Made by a program: the position numbers and the translations under genes. Under the pieces are notes generated by a model. The model had not been told where the DNA came from and ran no database searches. It saw only the letters and a program-made list of their open reading frames with translations. From contig NC_045696.1 in assembly GCF_009834535.1 (NCBI RefSeq), positions 93,498,001 through 93,562,000 of the forward strand: a DNA stretch of 64,000 nt, written 5' to 3'. This DNA is from Camelus ferus (taxonomy: Eukaryota). Shown piece after piece: positions 1 to 12,739 of this stretch; positions within the stretch are counted from its first letter, which is position 1; the number at the start of each line of letters is the position of its first letter.

Positions 1-2327
1 GTCAGAGTGACAGGAACCTCTAGTAAGATATTGGAAATCAAGAACTAGGTCTGGAGAACAAGGGCATGAGGAGGGCTCCTCTGTCACAGACTCCAGTCTT
101 ACTGTGAAGGAGCAGGCAAGAAATGCCCCATCTGGACTAGACAGACCTTTCTCTGTCTCTTTTCAAAGGGCAATAGCACCAAACTCACACTTGAGAGGGT
201 GCACACCAGAGAGAACTGGACAACGCTTAAATTGACTCTCACTCCCTCTGTTGGACCCAGTACCTCATGTGACCCATTTACACCTCCAGCTCTTGCTACT
301 GATGGCCCTAAGCTATCTTGATTGCTCCTAAAATGACCAGTATTCCAAAGCTATTTTTTTCTCTTTAACCTTTCCCCAACTCCACACACATGCATCACCA
401 AAACTACAATTTATGCAATGCATCTTGATTAGGTTAAGCAAGAAGGATAAATAGCCTATAGTATGGGAATGGCTCCCAAGAGTACTCAGTAAACAAAAGG
501 TGTTTTTTTAATTGCTGATAAGTCAGGGAATAGGGATACCATGTGGAGGGAAAGTGGGAGTGTACAAGTGCATAGCCATGAGCTGGATACCCAAGACTTT
601 GCCTTTGGACATCAGAACAGCTTTCTGTTCTACAAAGTCTCCCACCACTTATCTTGCTCACTTGGCTGGAAGAAGGTATCTGAGAGCCCTGGTTTTTGCT
701 CCTCTTTCCCTTTCCAGGAAGGCCTTGCTTGAGCGGAACACCCTGAGAGGTATAGCTTAAAGACACAGATTTTAAAAGGGGAGAAGGTATTTAGCAATCT
801 TCAGAGATACTTCAGAATAACATCCTTTTTGTTTAGTTCTCTTCTTTTCTGCAAGATTATGTGAACACATTGTTTTGGCAAAGTAAAAGCCTTTTAGTCA
901 TTTAAATTAGCTGTTTGCCATTAATTTCCAGTTAATCTAGAACAAAATAACTGTTGATGGATGAACTCTGAGTTTATTTGGTTGCAATACTAAACTTTCT
1001 TTATATAATCATGTCTCAATTTGTTCATATTGAATGGCATTCCAATTAAAGCCTCAAAAATCTACAACATAACCATGGATTGTGATTCTAAATCCATCGG
1101 TAAATTGGCCATTTGGAGCTCAGCATATATCCTCCCACAGAATTGATGGTTCAGTAGAGTGAGCCCCCTAATTGTTCCAATTCAAAACATAGCAAGTGTT
1201 CAGGGCGTAAGGAGGGAATTAAGAGGATGGCTCTGGTGTCTAGAAGGAAATACAAGAAGTCTAAGAGAGTAGAGGGATTAAGGATTTAAGGACCCTGAAA
1301 TAAAATTGCAGATTTGGCCAGTAGAGATGACTTCACATAATAAAAGCTCAAAGTTTCCATTATAGAACAGGCTTGGACCCATAGTGAGTAGGCTGGGGTA
1401 AGTTTAGTAAGAACCTAGAATTTTAGATTTAGGCATGTGGGATGTGGGATGGCAGGGTATGAAAACCCTAGGTGCTTCTGAACAAAGAACATATTTGCAA
1501 TCTGGTTTTTGTAAACTAGAGGACACTACAGTATCGGTTCATGGATTCAAGGTGACTGAGCTTCCTGGATAGGAAGTATGAACAAAGCATTGCTGAAAAA
1601 AGTGTGAAATTGATGGGGTCCACAGTAAATGCTTGTGAATCAGTCAGGATTGCTTCCTGACAGACTCAATGCCCAAATATAATGTGGAAACTAGCCATTA
1701 CACTGGTACTGTGCCATATCACAAGTTAATAAAATGGACTTACTGACAATACACAGAATCAATCATCCATATATGTGGCTCTTCTGCAGAGGCAATTATA
1801 ATTGCATCTATCTTGCCCAGCTGTGCCCAAACACAAATTTATCAGAAATCAATTTATGGATAAAATTATATACTTCCTAACTTACTACAAACTTCTGAAA
1901 TAGAAACAGTATCATTTAAGTTGATTTAGTTTTTCAGGAGGAAGTAAGTGGACATTCACTAAAGCAAAGGTATACCTGAATTCTTTACAGGTTAGTCTTA
2001 TCTGAGTAATGGAATAATAACTCTCCATAATAATCATGTAGTATAATGAGTTTTAAAAGAGGTATTAGTTTAATGGTTTCCCATTTTCTGTAATGTATTG
2101 AATCTTTTGAGGTATCAATTTTTTTTATTGCTCAGTATAGTTTTCAAAACATCAGAGTGCCATTAAAATTCTAATTAACTTCATGTACACTTAATATGAT
2201 TTCCTTCCTTTGGAAAACAAGTCTTTGTTATTTAATTGAAAGCCCACTTGCCCTTAATTTCTCTTATTAGACAAGAATATTTTATTTTTTGATAACTTAA
2301 AGAATTATCTATTTTTGTCTTACTAGT

Positions 2328-2802
2328 TGTTACGGGTTGAGTTGTGTCCCCCATAAAAGATATGTTGAAGTTCTAACTTCAAGTACCTCAAAATGTCAAC
2401 TTTTTTGGAAACATGGTCTTTGCCGATGCAGTCAAGTTAAGAAGTCATTAGAGTGTGTCCTAATCCAGTGCAACTAGTGTCCTTGTGAAAAGCAAAAACT
2501 TGGGCACAAAAATAGACAGGCACAAAGGAAAGACAACGTGCAGAGACATCAGGAGAACACATCGTGAAGACAGAGGATTGATGTGACGGATCTACAAGCC
2601 AAGGAATACTAAAGACTGCCCGCAAACCACCACAAACTAAGAGGCAAGAAACTACTCCCCTATAGGTTTTAGAGTGAGAACAACCCTCTTGATCCCTTGA
2701 TTTTGGACTTCTAGCCTCCAGAACTGTGAGACAATAAATTTCCATTGTTTTAAGCCATCTAGTTAATGGTGACTCATTAAAGTAGTTCTAGGAAAATAAT
2801 TA
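2328..2802 (+). mobile_element. MLT1-type (MLT1B/C-like) MaLR solo LTR
   Basis: Starts tgttacgggttgagttgtgtcccc. Carries the typical MLT1 3' block ttggacttctagcctccagaactgtgagacaataaatttccattgttttaagcca. Flanked by 5-bp TSD CTAGT (2323-2327 and 2803-2807). Confidence 0.9.
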
Positions 2803-3280
2803 CTAGTCAAGTTGAGATTTTTGTCAACTAAACAATGTCTCTGTATAACTTTCTTAGCAAAGACTCCATCTATATGCATTCCTTCACTTCAGGGGGACAG
2901 CTCAAACAATATCCAGCTGTGAGCTGTCACACCATCTCCCTCTGCCTTTCTGACATTTTCTCTCACAGAGCTGCAAATTACCAACAAGGATAACACAACA
3001 AACAAAACTGGGTTACCTAAGGCAAACTTAAAATCATCTTGAGAGGATAAAAAAAACCTATCCAGAGGTTCTTCAAGCCCACTTTGTGTAATGTACCAAA
3101 TGGATAATAAAATAATTGTGAAGAGGAAACTCAAAGAAACAACCTAAAGGCAATAAATTTTATAGTTTTAAAAGTAAATAGGATAGAGATGATTAAATGG
3201 TACTTTATCAACGTTTTAGTGTTTCACATGGATAATATACTCATGTTTTATTGTATAATTAAATTTGATTGTGTAATTTA

Positions 3281-3886
3281 CTCTGAGCTCGGTGGTGGCC
3301 ATGGCAAAAGGAAGAGTCGGGCTTCCACACCGGCGGGACTCCCCAAATTTCCCTTCATCGTTGTGCCCACCTGCGCCCCCTGCCGGCTGCCCTGACGGCC
3401 TTTAGGCTACGAGGATCGCGGGGCCTTCTGGGCTTGGCGCGGACCCTGGGTAGCTGTCCCACTGCTCCTCCTTGGCAGGGAGCCCCTGCTTCCTGACCCC
3501 AGGGGCTCGACCCCACCCCAGACCAGGTCAACCATCAGTTGCAAATTACAACAGAAGAATCTTCAACAGGAAAGAATCATCAATCGCCAGCCCAACAGGA
3601 AAAGATGTACATTGCATCCCCTATAAGAAATCAGCTATTCCAGGAACTTAGCCAATGAGAAACTGTTGTCACCCTGAACTTTCACATTTTCCAATGGGAT
3701 TTCATTCAAAAAAAAACCACTCTCAACTTCCTCATTTTTCTCTATAAAATAACCATTCATCTCCTCTGTTGGGCTTATCTATGGCTTTTGTTACAGCCTG
3801 CTTGTCCCAAATTGCAATTCCTCTGCTGTTCCCAAATAAACCCATTTTTTGCTGGTAAAATAAAAGAAATAACAAACAAAAAACTC
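3281..3886 (+). pseudogene. Processed retrocopy of a chimeric transcript: CpG-rich leader + ERV1-like LTR segment + A-rich tail
   Basis: GC/CpG-rich block at 3281-~3521. LTR-like block with CCAAT (3652, 3691), TATAAAA (3743) and AATAAA (3835-3840). A-rich tail at ~3857-3883. Direct repeat tgtaattta at 3272-3280 and 3887-3895. Confidence 0.7.
3522..3862 (+). mobile_element. ERV1-class LTR fragment (MER34/MER39-like U3-R), truncated at its poly(A) site
   Basis: CCAAT boxes and a TATA box, then ttgtcccaaattgcaattcctctgctgttcccaaataaaccc, which resembles MER34/39-family LTRs. No U5 or terminal CA. Confidence 0.6.
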
Positions 3887-4276
3887 TGTAATTTAACAAG
3901 AGTGAATAGAACCTTCAGCTTTGCTGATAATTATAATTTTTCACATTTAGATGAAGATTAATCCAAGAGAGCATTCTGTTAGCAGCCTGGTCACATAAAG
4001 CTATCTGTTAATTGAAGAAGGGAAATGAATCCAAAATGTTCTCCAAGGGACCTTATCTTTATTTATTTAACAGTATATCAAAACTACACTAATTATCTTT
4101 TTGTTAACTAAGTATGTCAATATTGAGCTATCAAGTCTTCATCTCCTTATTTAAAGATAGGTGGGCTACATCTATTCTCACTGCCAATATCCATATTGTT
4201 CTTTCTCCCTGCTGGACCACTTCAAACAATATTTGATGATGCATCAATAGATTAGAGTAGAAAGTAGAGCCAGGAT

Positions 4277-5357
4277 TGTGTTTAGAAGATGGCCCATGCT
4301 CCTCGGCATGCTGTGGGTAAGGGGTCAGGGATTCCTATCACATCTGATAACAGTGGGGCCAGGCTCACAAAAGCTCCTTAGTCAGCCCCCATAGTTCCTT
4401 CTGGGTCCTGAACAATGCCAACTGGTTCATTTGGGGAGAACTGGGCATCTGTCACTGCAGGCCTGGGGCTGCAGAGTGGGAGTAAGAAGACTGACTGTGT
4501 GCTTATAGTTTATTAAAAGCAGCTTATGTCTACTCTCCCTCTTTTTTCCTGTCTTTCTTACTGGCTCTCCTTACTCTTTGCCTCTTTCATCTCCTTTCAT
4601 GTCTCTTTACTGGAAATCAAGGAAGGTAAAGAGGGTGAGAGAACCAGGACTGGGGCTGGATCTTATTCCTCATCAAATGGTGAGGTAGAGGGTAAAGACT
4701 ACACTGGGTGCAAAACTTAACAAAGGGGGAGCACCTGGAGAGGCAAAGCACAGTGAAGAGAGAGTACAAATATATTGAGCACAATGGAAGAAAGTAGTTG
4801 ACAACTAGTAAGGGGTTCTAGCAGATGGGCAATGCTCAGGATGGGGTAATCTTGGGGCAGGAGCTACTAGTCATTGCCTGGATGTCTATCCATAGGAAAT
4901 TAGAGTTCCAGGTACTAAATTTGGGTCCAGGGACACAGCTCTAAGCTATAGAGAAGGAGAACTGCAGTCCAGGGAAGAGAAAATGACAAAAATATGGGGA
5001 AGGAACCAGACAAGAAGCTCACCTCTGAGAAATAAGACTTATGGCGCAGGACAAGTTGCAGTTCAGGAAGCAGAACAAGTAATTGTTGCTGGGGCACTTG
5101 GTTCTGAACTTGAATTTAATCATCAGCAGAGGAGCCTGGAAGTGGTCTGCTCTGAGACACTAACGCCATTGGGATAAGAAGTGCTAAACCTCACTAGAAT
5201 GGAAATGGAAAGATTGAGGTGGTTAAGAATTCCTCACCCATTATTGGCTCAACCCAGAAATTGGGATGAGATGGGGCTTGTAGAAAAATGGCACTACTCC
5301 AAGATTTAGGGAAACAGAAACATGGGAAATGGAATTAGTTTGGGGAGCGATACTACA
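4277..5357 (-). mobile_element. Possible ancient LTR element (MamGyp/LTR78-like), family uncertain
   Basis: About 1.1 kb block richer in GC than its flanks. On the minus strand it begins TGTAGT and ends ACA, with AATAAA (plus-strand tttatt, ~4509) about 230 nt from its 3' end. No clear TSD. Confidence 0.3.
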
Positions 5358-6039
5358 TTTGTAAGATATTTCCTAAGTATTAATTTTTTAAAATATTGAA
5401 GTAAGTTTTAATTTTCAGCTAAATATTTTCATTTTATGACATTTATAAAACTTTTCTCTAGTATGAAATGTCTAGTACATTATACAGTGTAATGGTAAAG
5501 TCTTGTCTTCATCCACTCTTTCTACAGTTTTTTTTATTTACAGTATACATCCAGCCAAGTCTCCTCACTTATCTACTATGGAACTCCTTCTTTTAAAACT
5601 CTGATGCGTGGTGTAGTATATTTCATCTTTTATTTGTGCCTCCTACAGGACTATCTAAATGACTGTCTCCAATATCAACAACACCATCACCAGTCTGGAC
5701 TCAGCCTCTCTATTCCTTTGAAAGTTGCAATTATTTAAACAAGGATGGGCTTTTGTGTTGTCATTCTTTAAAAAAAATATTTTGACCTAATAAAATTTTG
5801 GTTAAAATTAGAATCTAGATTAACATCTGTTTTGCTTGAATTATTTCCATACCCAATAAAATTTCATTAGTCAATAATTTTTTCCAGTTATTCATATAAC
5901 TTTCAGGGACAGACAGTACTAATGAAAAATTTTGTATCTCTATGGTATTGGAAACTACACTGGATTATGACTTTCTTTTTCCCCTCCATATTCAGTTGGT
6001 AAAAACAAAGCTCTGCAATTTCTCTTTCTTTCTAGTAAC

Positions 6040-6750
6040 ACTAATACTGCCCAACTCCAGCTTTAACCATCACTCACCTGAACTCATCGCTCCTGACTAG
6101 TTTCCCTACTTCCAATTTCTTACATTTTTAATCTATACATATCCTATTTAGCTTTCTAAAACATATATGCATCAATATTTATTTCCTCTCTTAAATATTC
6201 AGTAGCCTCTAAGTGTCTGTAAGAACAAAACTATACTTCTTAGTGTGGAACAGAAACTCCTTATAGCCTAGCCCTAACCAACTTATTTTTCCTCATGCTT
6301 CTCTGATGTGACCTTATCTGGTCACATCAAAATACTTGCCATATCTCAATCTGAGTATGCTATGATTTTTGTTTAGATTAACTTCTCTCATTTATCTTTT
6401 ATAGAACTCCTTCCATAAGAGAACTCTTTATCCCTCTGTTCTTCTTATACAAAATCATCAAGGTGCTGATCAAATGGCACTTCCTTTGGAAAGCCTGCCG
6501 CGTCTTATCCCTTCTCTCTTCTCTCCTTCACCCAAGTCAAGTCATGCTTTGTGTTCCCAATACTCTGTACCGATCTCTCTTACAGCATTCATCCTATCAC
6601 ATCAGTTACATTTCATACATCCTTTTCCTCCACTAGGCCAGCTTCTGAAGATTATGTAACATGCCTTATTAATATTTAAAGATATAATATTTCAAAGGTG
6701 TTTATCATCTGTTAGGTACTGAATATGTATCAATTCAATGAATAAAAAAT
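6040..6750 (+). mobile_element. L2 LINE 3' fragment
   Basis: Degenerate L2 motifs (catcactcacctgaact, caaatggcacttcctttggaaagcct) ending in a caatgaataaa tail. Confidence 0.6.
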
Positions 6751-7719
6751 AAACTCACATAAAACTTACATAAAACCATGATTGTGATGGCACTGGCCCT
6801 TTACTTTGTTCTCATTCATGTTTAAATGAATTAAGGAGGGTTTTTATAGACACAGAGTTTAGGAATTTTCATGATCTTCCATTGAGACAGCAATCCTAAC
6901 AGTAATCCAGAAGCTGCCTTCATACATACATATGTACATACGTACATACATACATAGAATTTTTCAGCTGAAGGTCATAATAAGCCTTCACTAAAGACTT
7001 GCACAGTATTTCTCGTATCATTTATATACTTCATTGCACTGTGTAGGTTTTTCATGTTGTTTACTTTTAAATAACCTTGAATTGGTATGTCCATGGTAAC
7101 CAGACCGTGTATAAAATCTAAGAAAATGTTAATGGTTCTCTCCTCCAATTTTAAGAAGCACTTCCCTGTGATGTTAAAAGCCTAAATTACTAGATTTTCC
7201 CTCTTTGAAAGTCTCTTTTAAAGGGAAATTTCTAAAATGGAAATCACTTCTTATAAAACAGCAAAAATTACACAGCAGAAATTTTACATCTATAGTGGAT
7301 AATCTATTGGTGCAAACACAAGCTTCAGTATCTTATTTGTTAAAAAATACCTCTTAGATTTAGTAAAATTATCCCAGTTAATTGCATTGTCTTGTAAAAC
7401 AAAAGATAAAGGGAACGTGATTTTAAAGGGGGGATGGAGGTTCTTTTCATAGCCTATCATGTGACCTTTCAAGCTCAAATGTACTAGCCAGAATAACCAA
7501 GGCTGCAAGAATGAAGATGAATGATTTTGGAAGGCCCTCCAAATAAACAGTTGAACATAGCAAAACAAAGACATTCATTCCTTCTACCAGTGGTACAGGG
7601 GGAAAATGGACACAATTTCAAAAAGGTCTATGCATTCATAAATGAAAGTGTTGAACTTTATTGCCAAAGAAAGGATGTTCAGAACAAAACTGACTGTTGG
7701 GCGTGATATATACACTTGA

Positions 7720-7953
7720 TGTTATGAATGCTTAGTAAATGCCAAGCACTATTGTTTACCCATGTTAACTCAATTTATCCTCACAATAAAGATTGGAGGT
7801 AAATCTATTATCTCCATTTTACAAAAGAGGAAATGGAAGCACAGAGAAGTTAGTAACTGTTCCAAGGCCACATTTCTAGCAGTTGGCAGAGCTAGGATTA
7901 AACCTGGGAAGCCTGCTCCTGACTCGACGTTTTACACTTAGGACCACACTGCC
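7720..7953 (-). mobile_element. MIR SINE
   Basis: Reverse-complement MIR core ctccattttacaaaagaggaaatggaagcacagagaagttagtaactgttccaaggccaca…gagctaggattaaacc. Confidence 0.85.
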
Positions 7954-8446
7954 ATGGTATAAGCCTGAAGTAGTCAAGATGCTGAGCTAGAAGAACATAG
8001 GTCTGAAACTTAAGGTAAATCTTATGCATCCATAGATATTAGGCTCTTTTTCCAGAAGGAAAAATTTAAGTCAAACTTTATTTGAAAATTGGTAGTAAGG
8101 CCAAATTTTCTGCAATGGAGGATATATTTAATTTTACAGAAACAATGTTTTAATTTATTTCCTTATCCCAACTACTAGGAGTACTGAATAAAAAATTTTG
8201 GCCTCTTTTCTACTTGAAATAGCATATGGATCATATAATTTCAATATAGATTTAATTCAAATTCTGACCATTGGGAATTGTAGGAGGCCTTTTTATGTAT
8301 GGAGAAATTAAAACTTTAAAAGAAATAAACTAAAGAATATCCAAATGAATCTATTTTGGTTTATGTATGTGGCATCAATCCCAAATGCACCATTAACAGT
8401 AGAAAATGTTTGAACATTTCGGCACTAAAAATATGAGGCATTTCTC

Positions 8447-8460
8447 CCTCTCTCTCTTTT

Positions 8461-8512
<52 letters not shown>
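8447..8512. repeat. (TC)n(CA)~20 microsatellite
   Basis: Seen directly in the sequence. Confidence 0.95.
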
Positions 8513-8515
<3 letters not shown>

Positions 8516-11500
8516 TACATCAAAATAAGTTTCATCACCCCTTACACAAAACTGATATGAAAATCTTATTTACAAAAGAGGTGATGAGAAGAAGATATCA
8601 GAACTTGGATCTCCTTACTCCTAACCCATCACACCTCTTGTGAAGAAGCATTAGTGTCAAAAAGCACTTATAAAGTATCACTATTACCTGAAGTGGCGTG
8701 TTAAGAAAAAGTGCATAGAGAGCAACAAGTGGTTATTACATTTTTCTGAGAGGATGCGGACACTCGATGAGTCAGGGGCTTGTGGAGGAAAACATGGACT
8801 TCCCACATACTTGTGTAAATGTTTTTATGAAAAAAACAAGAAAATGTAGGCTTGAGGGAGAGACTCAGAATTCAATGATTCTTAGATTCGACCTTTTCCT
8901 TACTTTCTATTGCTTCTCTATGAACTATTTTAGAAGGTGAAAATTTGTACTTTTCACTTTGCATCAAGTTTATTTCAACTTCCTTGTGAAGGCATTTCAA
9001 ATCAAGTAAGGTATGCCACTTAGCTTGAATTAGGAACTTCCTCGTTAGCCAAGGCTTCCACAGAGTTATAAGGGGAAATTGGTAAAGACAAAAACTTTTC
9101 TAACTTTCAGGGTTTTGTGCACAAAGGCACTATAAGACTAGCTCTAGGGAGTAAACCTCTACAAAAGTTAGTATGTGTTTAGCCTTGGTCACACAGAAAC
9201 AGCTTTTACAATCCCCTGTTAGTTGCACTGTATTTCATGATAATAAAAACCTCTATCCATAATAGTCACAGGGTCATTGTAAAAAAAAGATGGAAATAGA
9301 GAATCTGAAAATTCAACATTTTACTAAAGGTCAGTGGTCTTTTTTTTCTCCAAAGTCTCTTGACAGAACTTGTGGTCCCTTAATATGAACTGACTAAAGT
9401 ATATGTGTACTCTTCTTTCATACCAAAGTGCGATTTTGGTGTAAGGGATATCAGGATAGATGCCCCTACCCCTTTGCACCTTGATGCACATCAGTAGATA
9501 GGGATCCACCAGGGTCACAGAGATCACACAGGAATGTCAAGAATGCCACTTCTCACTATCTAAACATACCCCTGCCCCCAAAGAACCTGCAGAGATGTGA
9601 GCTACGAGAAATGGTGCTATTATATATGATGTGTCCATGCAAACAGAAGATGACTGTAAACCCAAAAACTGAGGTCCATTTAATATATCCTCTGTGATAA
9701 CCATTGATAAAAGATGCCAGATATTACAAAGCAGAGGCAGCATTCTTCAGGGGAACGAAGAGAAGAGGAATGCCATCCAACACAGGTTCAAAATACCAAC
9801 TCACGCTTACCCTGAACCTGTTGAGTTCACTTCTTCATTCCTTCAGTCCCTGGCCCCCTTTGAAGCCCTTCCAACACAGTGATCTCTTTGAGAGGATGAC
9901 ATTAAGGTTATTTCTGAACCATTGAGCAGAAATTAGTCTGGTTGTATCTTATGTTTTATTATATAAGGCCAACTTATAGAACTATGGTCATATTATACAC
10001 TTCCCCCTGATGAGCCATTATTTGCAGATCTATCCTGATTATAGAGTAATCACATTTGCTGCTTCTATCCCAAATGATTAGTGCCGGCTTTGTAACACAA
10101 TACAGTGCTATGATTGTCCTGAAACCACATTCATTATTAATCAACAATGGTCATATGGCTGGATGACTCTATTCCAAAAGCATAAATAACCTATTAAAAT
10201 TTGCAAAGGGGTGATTCTGCTTCCTCCATTGTCGGAATTATTTTTATTTTAAGATTTTTTAGAAGCACACAATCTCCTTCTTTTTAATAAAAAACATGTA
10301 TTCTCCCAAATGAGCCACCATTTTATAAATAACCTTCCTTTATGGTTAAAAATGGATCTAACACAGTTTATCTTCTTTCTCTGCACTGAGTATTATGTGC
10401 AATTTATGTCTCTAACTGATTGAAAAATGGCAAAGAGCCTCATCTGTGGGCAGACTGATCAAGAGCTAGCACGCTGCATGTGCTTACATATTCTACTGAA
10501 ACGATCCAAGGGCAGACAAGGGATGTTGTCCATTATTATAACTGTCTTCCTGTCATAGAGTGAGGCTTTAATGTGAGTTAAAGTTAAAAAAAAAAAAACT
10601 ATGTAAATTATGGTCTCAAAAGACTGTAATTTTGGAATAACGGACTGAATCCACGTTGAGATGCCAACTGCTTTTAAGTAAGTCATCTACAGAAGCAGCA
10701 TCTAAAGTGAAACTTCCGCTGTACAAATGACTTGCGAAAATGCTAGTTATTGCTTTAATTATTGTTTTATTTTGCTAAATTCACTGTATGTTTTTTCATA
10801 AAGAGTTCTTTTCAAAGAAAGATTTTGAACTTTCTAATCACCTCATGCTCTCTTGCCATGGAAAGGAAAGTCAGGAGAATATTATTAATAGTGATAGTAA
10901 AAATAATAAAATATGATTTCTAAAAGGAAAAGGAATTTTCTTGTCTAAAAAAGTTAACAACTATATACAGAATATTTAATATTAGCATTTTTAAAAGCTT
11001 CTTAGTACTAGAGAAATTGAAGAACTAAGGTAAGCCAATTGTGAAGTAAAAATCTCTGTATGATAATATATATGCTTTAAAATATATGAAGTATTACAAA
11101 AGACCAATTGCAAAACCTCTTTTAAGATGATGCTGTTACTCATTACAACTATATGTTAATCTAGCAATTTGAGAAGCTCTATTCATAAGACTTAACATTC
11201 ACCACCCTTCCAATCCCATCAGTGCTAAGATAACTTTTGCTCTTGTTGAAATTAAAAATACTAACTTTTGCCACATCGCACTAAAACAAGAAGAGGTCCA
11301 TTAGAATGACTGGAATAGGATACAATTATCATAAGCACGTCATATATATTTACTGATGTATCAGAAGTGCAGATATTCAATTTGTTTCTCTATATATGGA
11401 CTTGGTTTCTATTTTAAGTCTCCGTCTCTACTTTAAGGTAGAAAAGTTAATCTAGTCACTTGTAAATAAATTATTCAAATTCACTATTCTCTTAGTCATT

Positions 11501-12739
11501 TTAGTTTGAAACTCAGTAATAGAGGATTTTCCCTGAGGCTGATTTTCAGCTGTGAGTGTACTCAGTGGTGCAAAATTAATGGGGAGAGCTACTCATTTCT
11601 GTCATTAGCCTCTCCACACTGGAATCCACAGGGAGGCAGCATCTGCCACCTGGCTTCCAGCTCACAGACCATGCCACCCCATCTGCCTCCTCCCAGAACC
11701 CTTTTCACCTTTTAGTGCTCAGTGTCAAATCTGGGCGAACTTTGGCCTCACCAGAAAATATCTGGCTATTCCACTAGCTCTTTAGGGGATATGGACTGTC
11801 TGAGGCTGCATTTTATTTCAGTCCCGAGAAGGAGGAAAGGGCAGCCCCCTCCTCCACTCAACATACACATGTATGCCAGCACCCAGCTCTTTTCCTTATA
11901 GCTTTCTTCTCTCCCTTCCCGGCTCAGAGGACTCTTACATACTTGAAGGCCAAAGAAGTAAACTCGTTCTGCCAGATCCCATCTTCATTCACATCTTTCC
12001 TGGACTATTCACTTTGATTTTATAAACCAATAACGTGACTTCCTTTAGCTTCTGATTATGCACTCCTTTTGGGAGACAGAGGCTCCCATCTATGAGCTCA
12101 AATGGGGAAGGTCACCAGGTGAAGATGAAGCAAAAAAAAAACCACAATGGCATCCACCTGTATCTAACTGTGTTATCATACAGCAGCTGCCTATGAAGTG
12201 TGCCAGCTACTTATCAACTGTGCCAGCCTCTTTTTTCTCTAGTTGCTCATAGATCAGTGCCCACCAAAGGACATCAGATAAGGAACTGGACACTAAGTCA
12301 CCAGTAATAAAAGAATATACTGAATTTAGTTCCCCAAATGGATAGAGCCCTCTGAAAAACCTTTTTAACAGGTCTCATTTGACCTATAAACCTGAAGGCT
12401 TTCACTGGGAATGGTCCGAGCAGCACCCTCCCATGGGCTGGCTCAGGGTTATACTGCAGATGAGGTTACAAATGCTGGCAAGTGGGGACGCAGGGCAAAG
12501 AGCTAATGGCTGGACTTCAGGTGCTGGAGATGGCTTGGATGGGCTGCAGTGCATCTGTGGGGAGCTCATGAGCAGGCAGGGCTTTGCCAAGCGAGGTAGA
12601 CAGGAAGTAAGATCAGATGCCACAGCTCTGTCTTTATCTCTTTACATTTCACTGATCACAAAGGATCTCTTAGAATGAATCGATGGATGGATGGATGGAT
12701 AGATAGATAGATAAAAAAAAAAAATAAGAAAAAAGGTGG

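Noticed and set aside
434..766. Three overlapping ORFs of 63-110 aa
   Set aside because: No recognisable domain and no supporting splice structure; ORFs of this length are expected by chance.
3301..3318. MAKGRV matches the N-terminus I recall for TMEM41B
   Set aside because: Only 6 residues match and the sequence diverges immediately afterwards, which is too little for a gene call.
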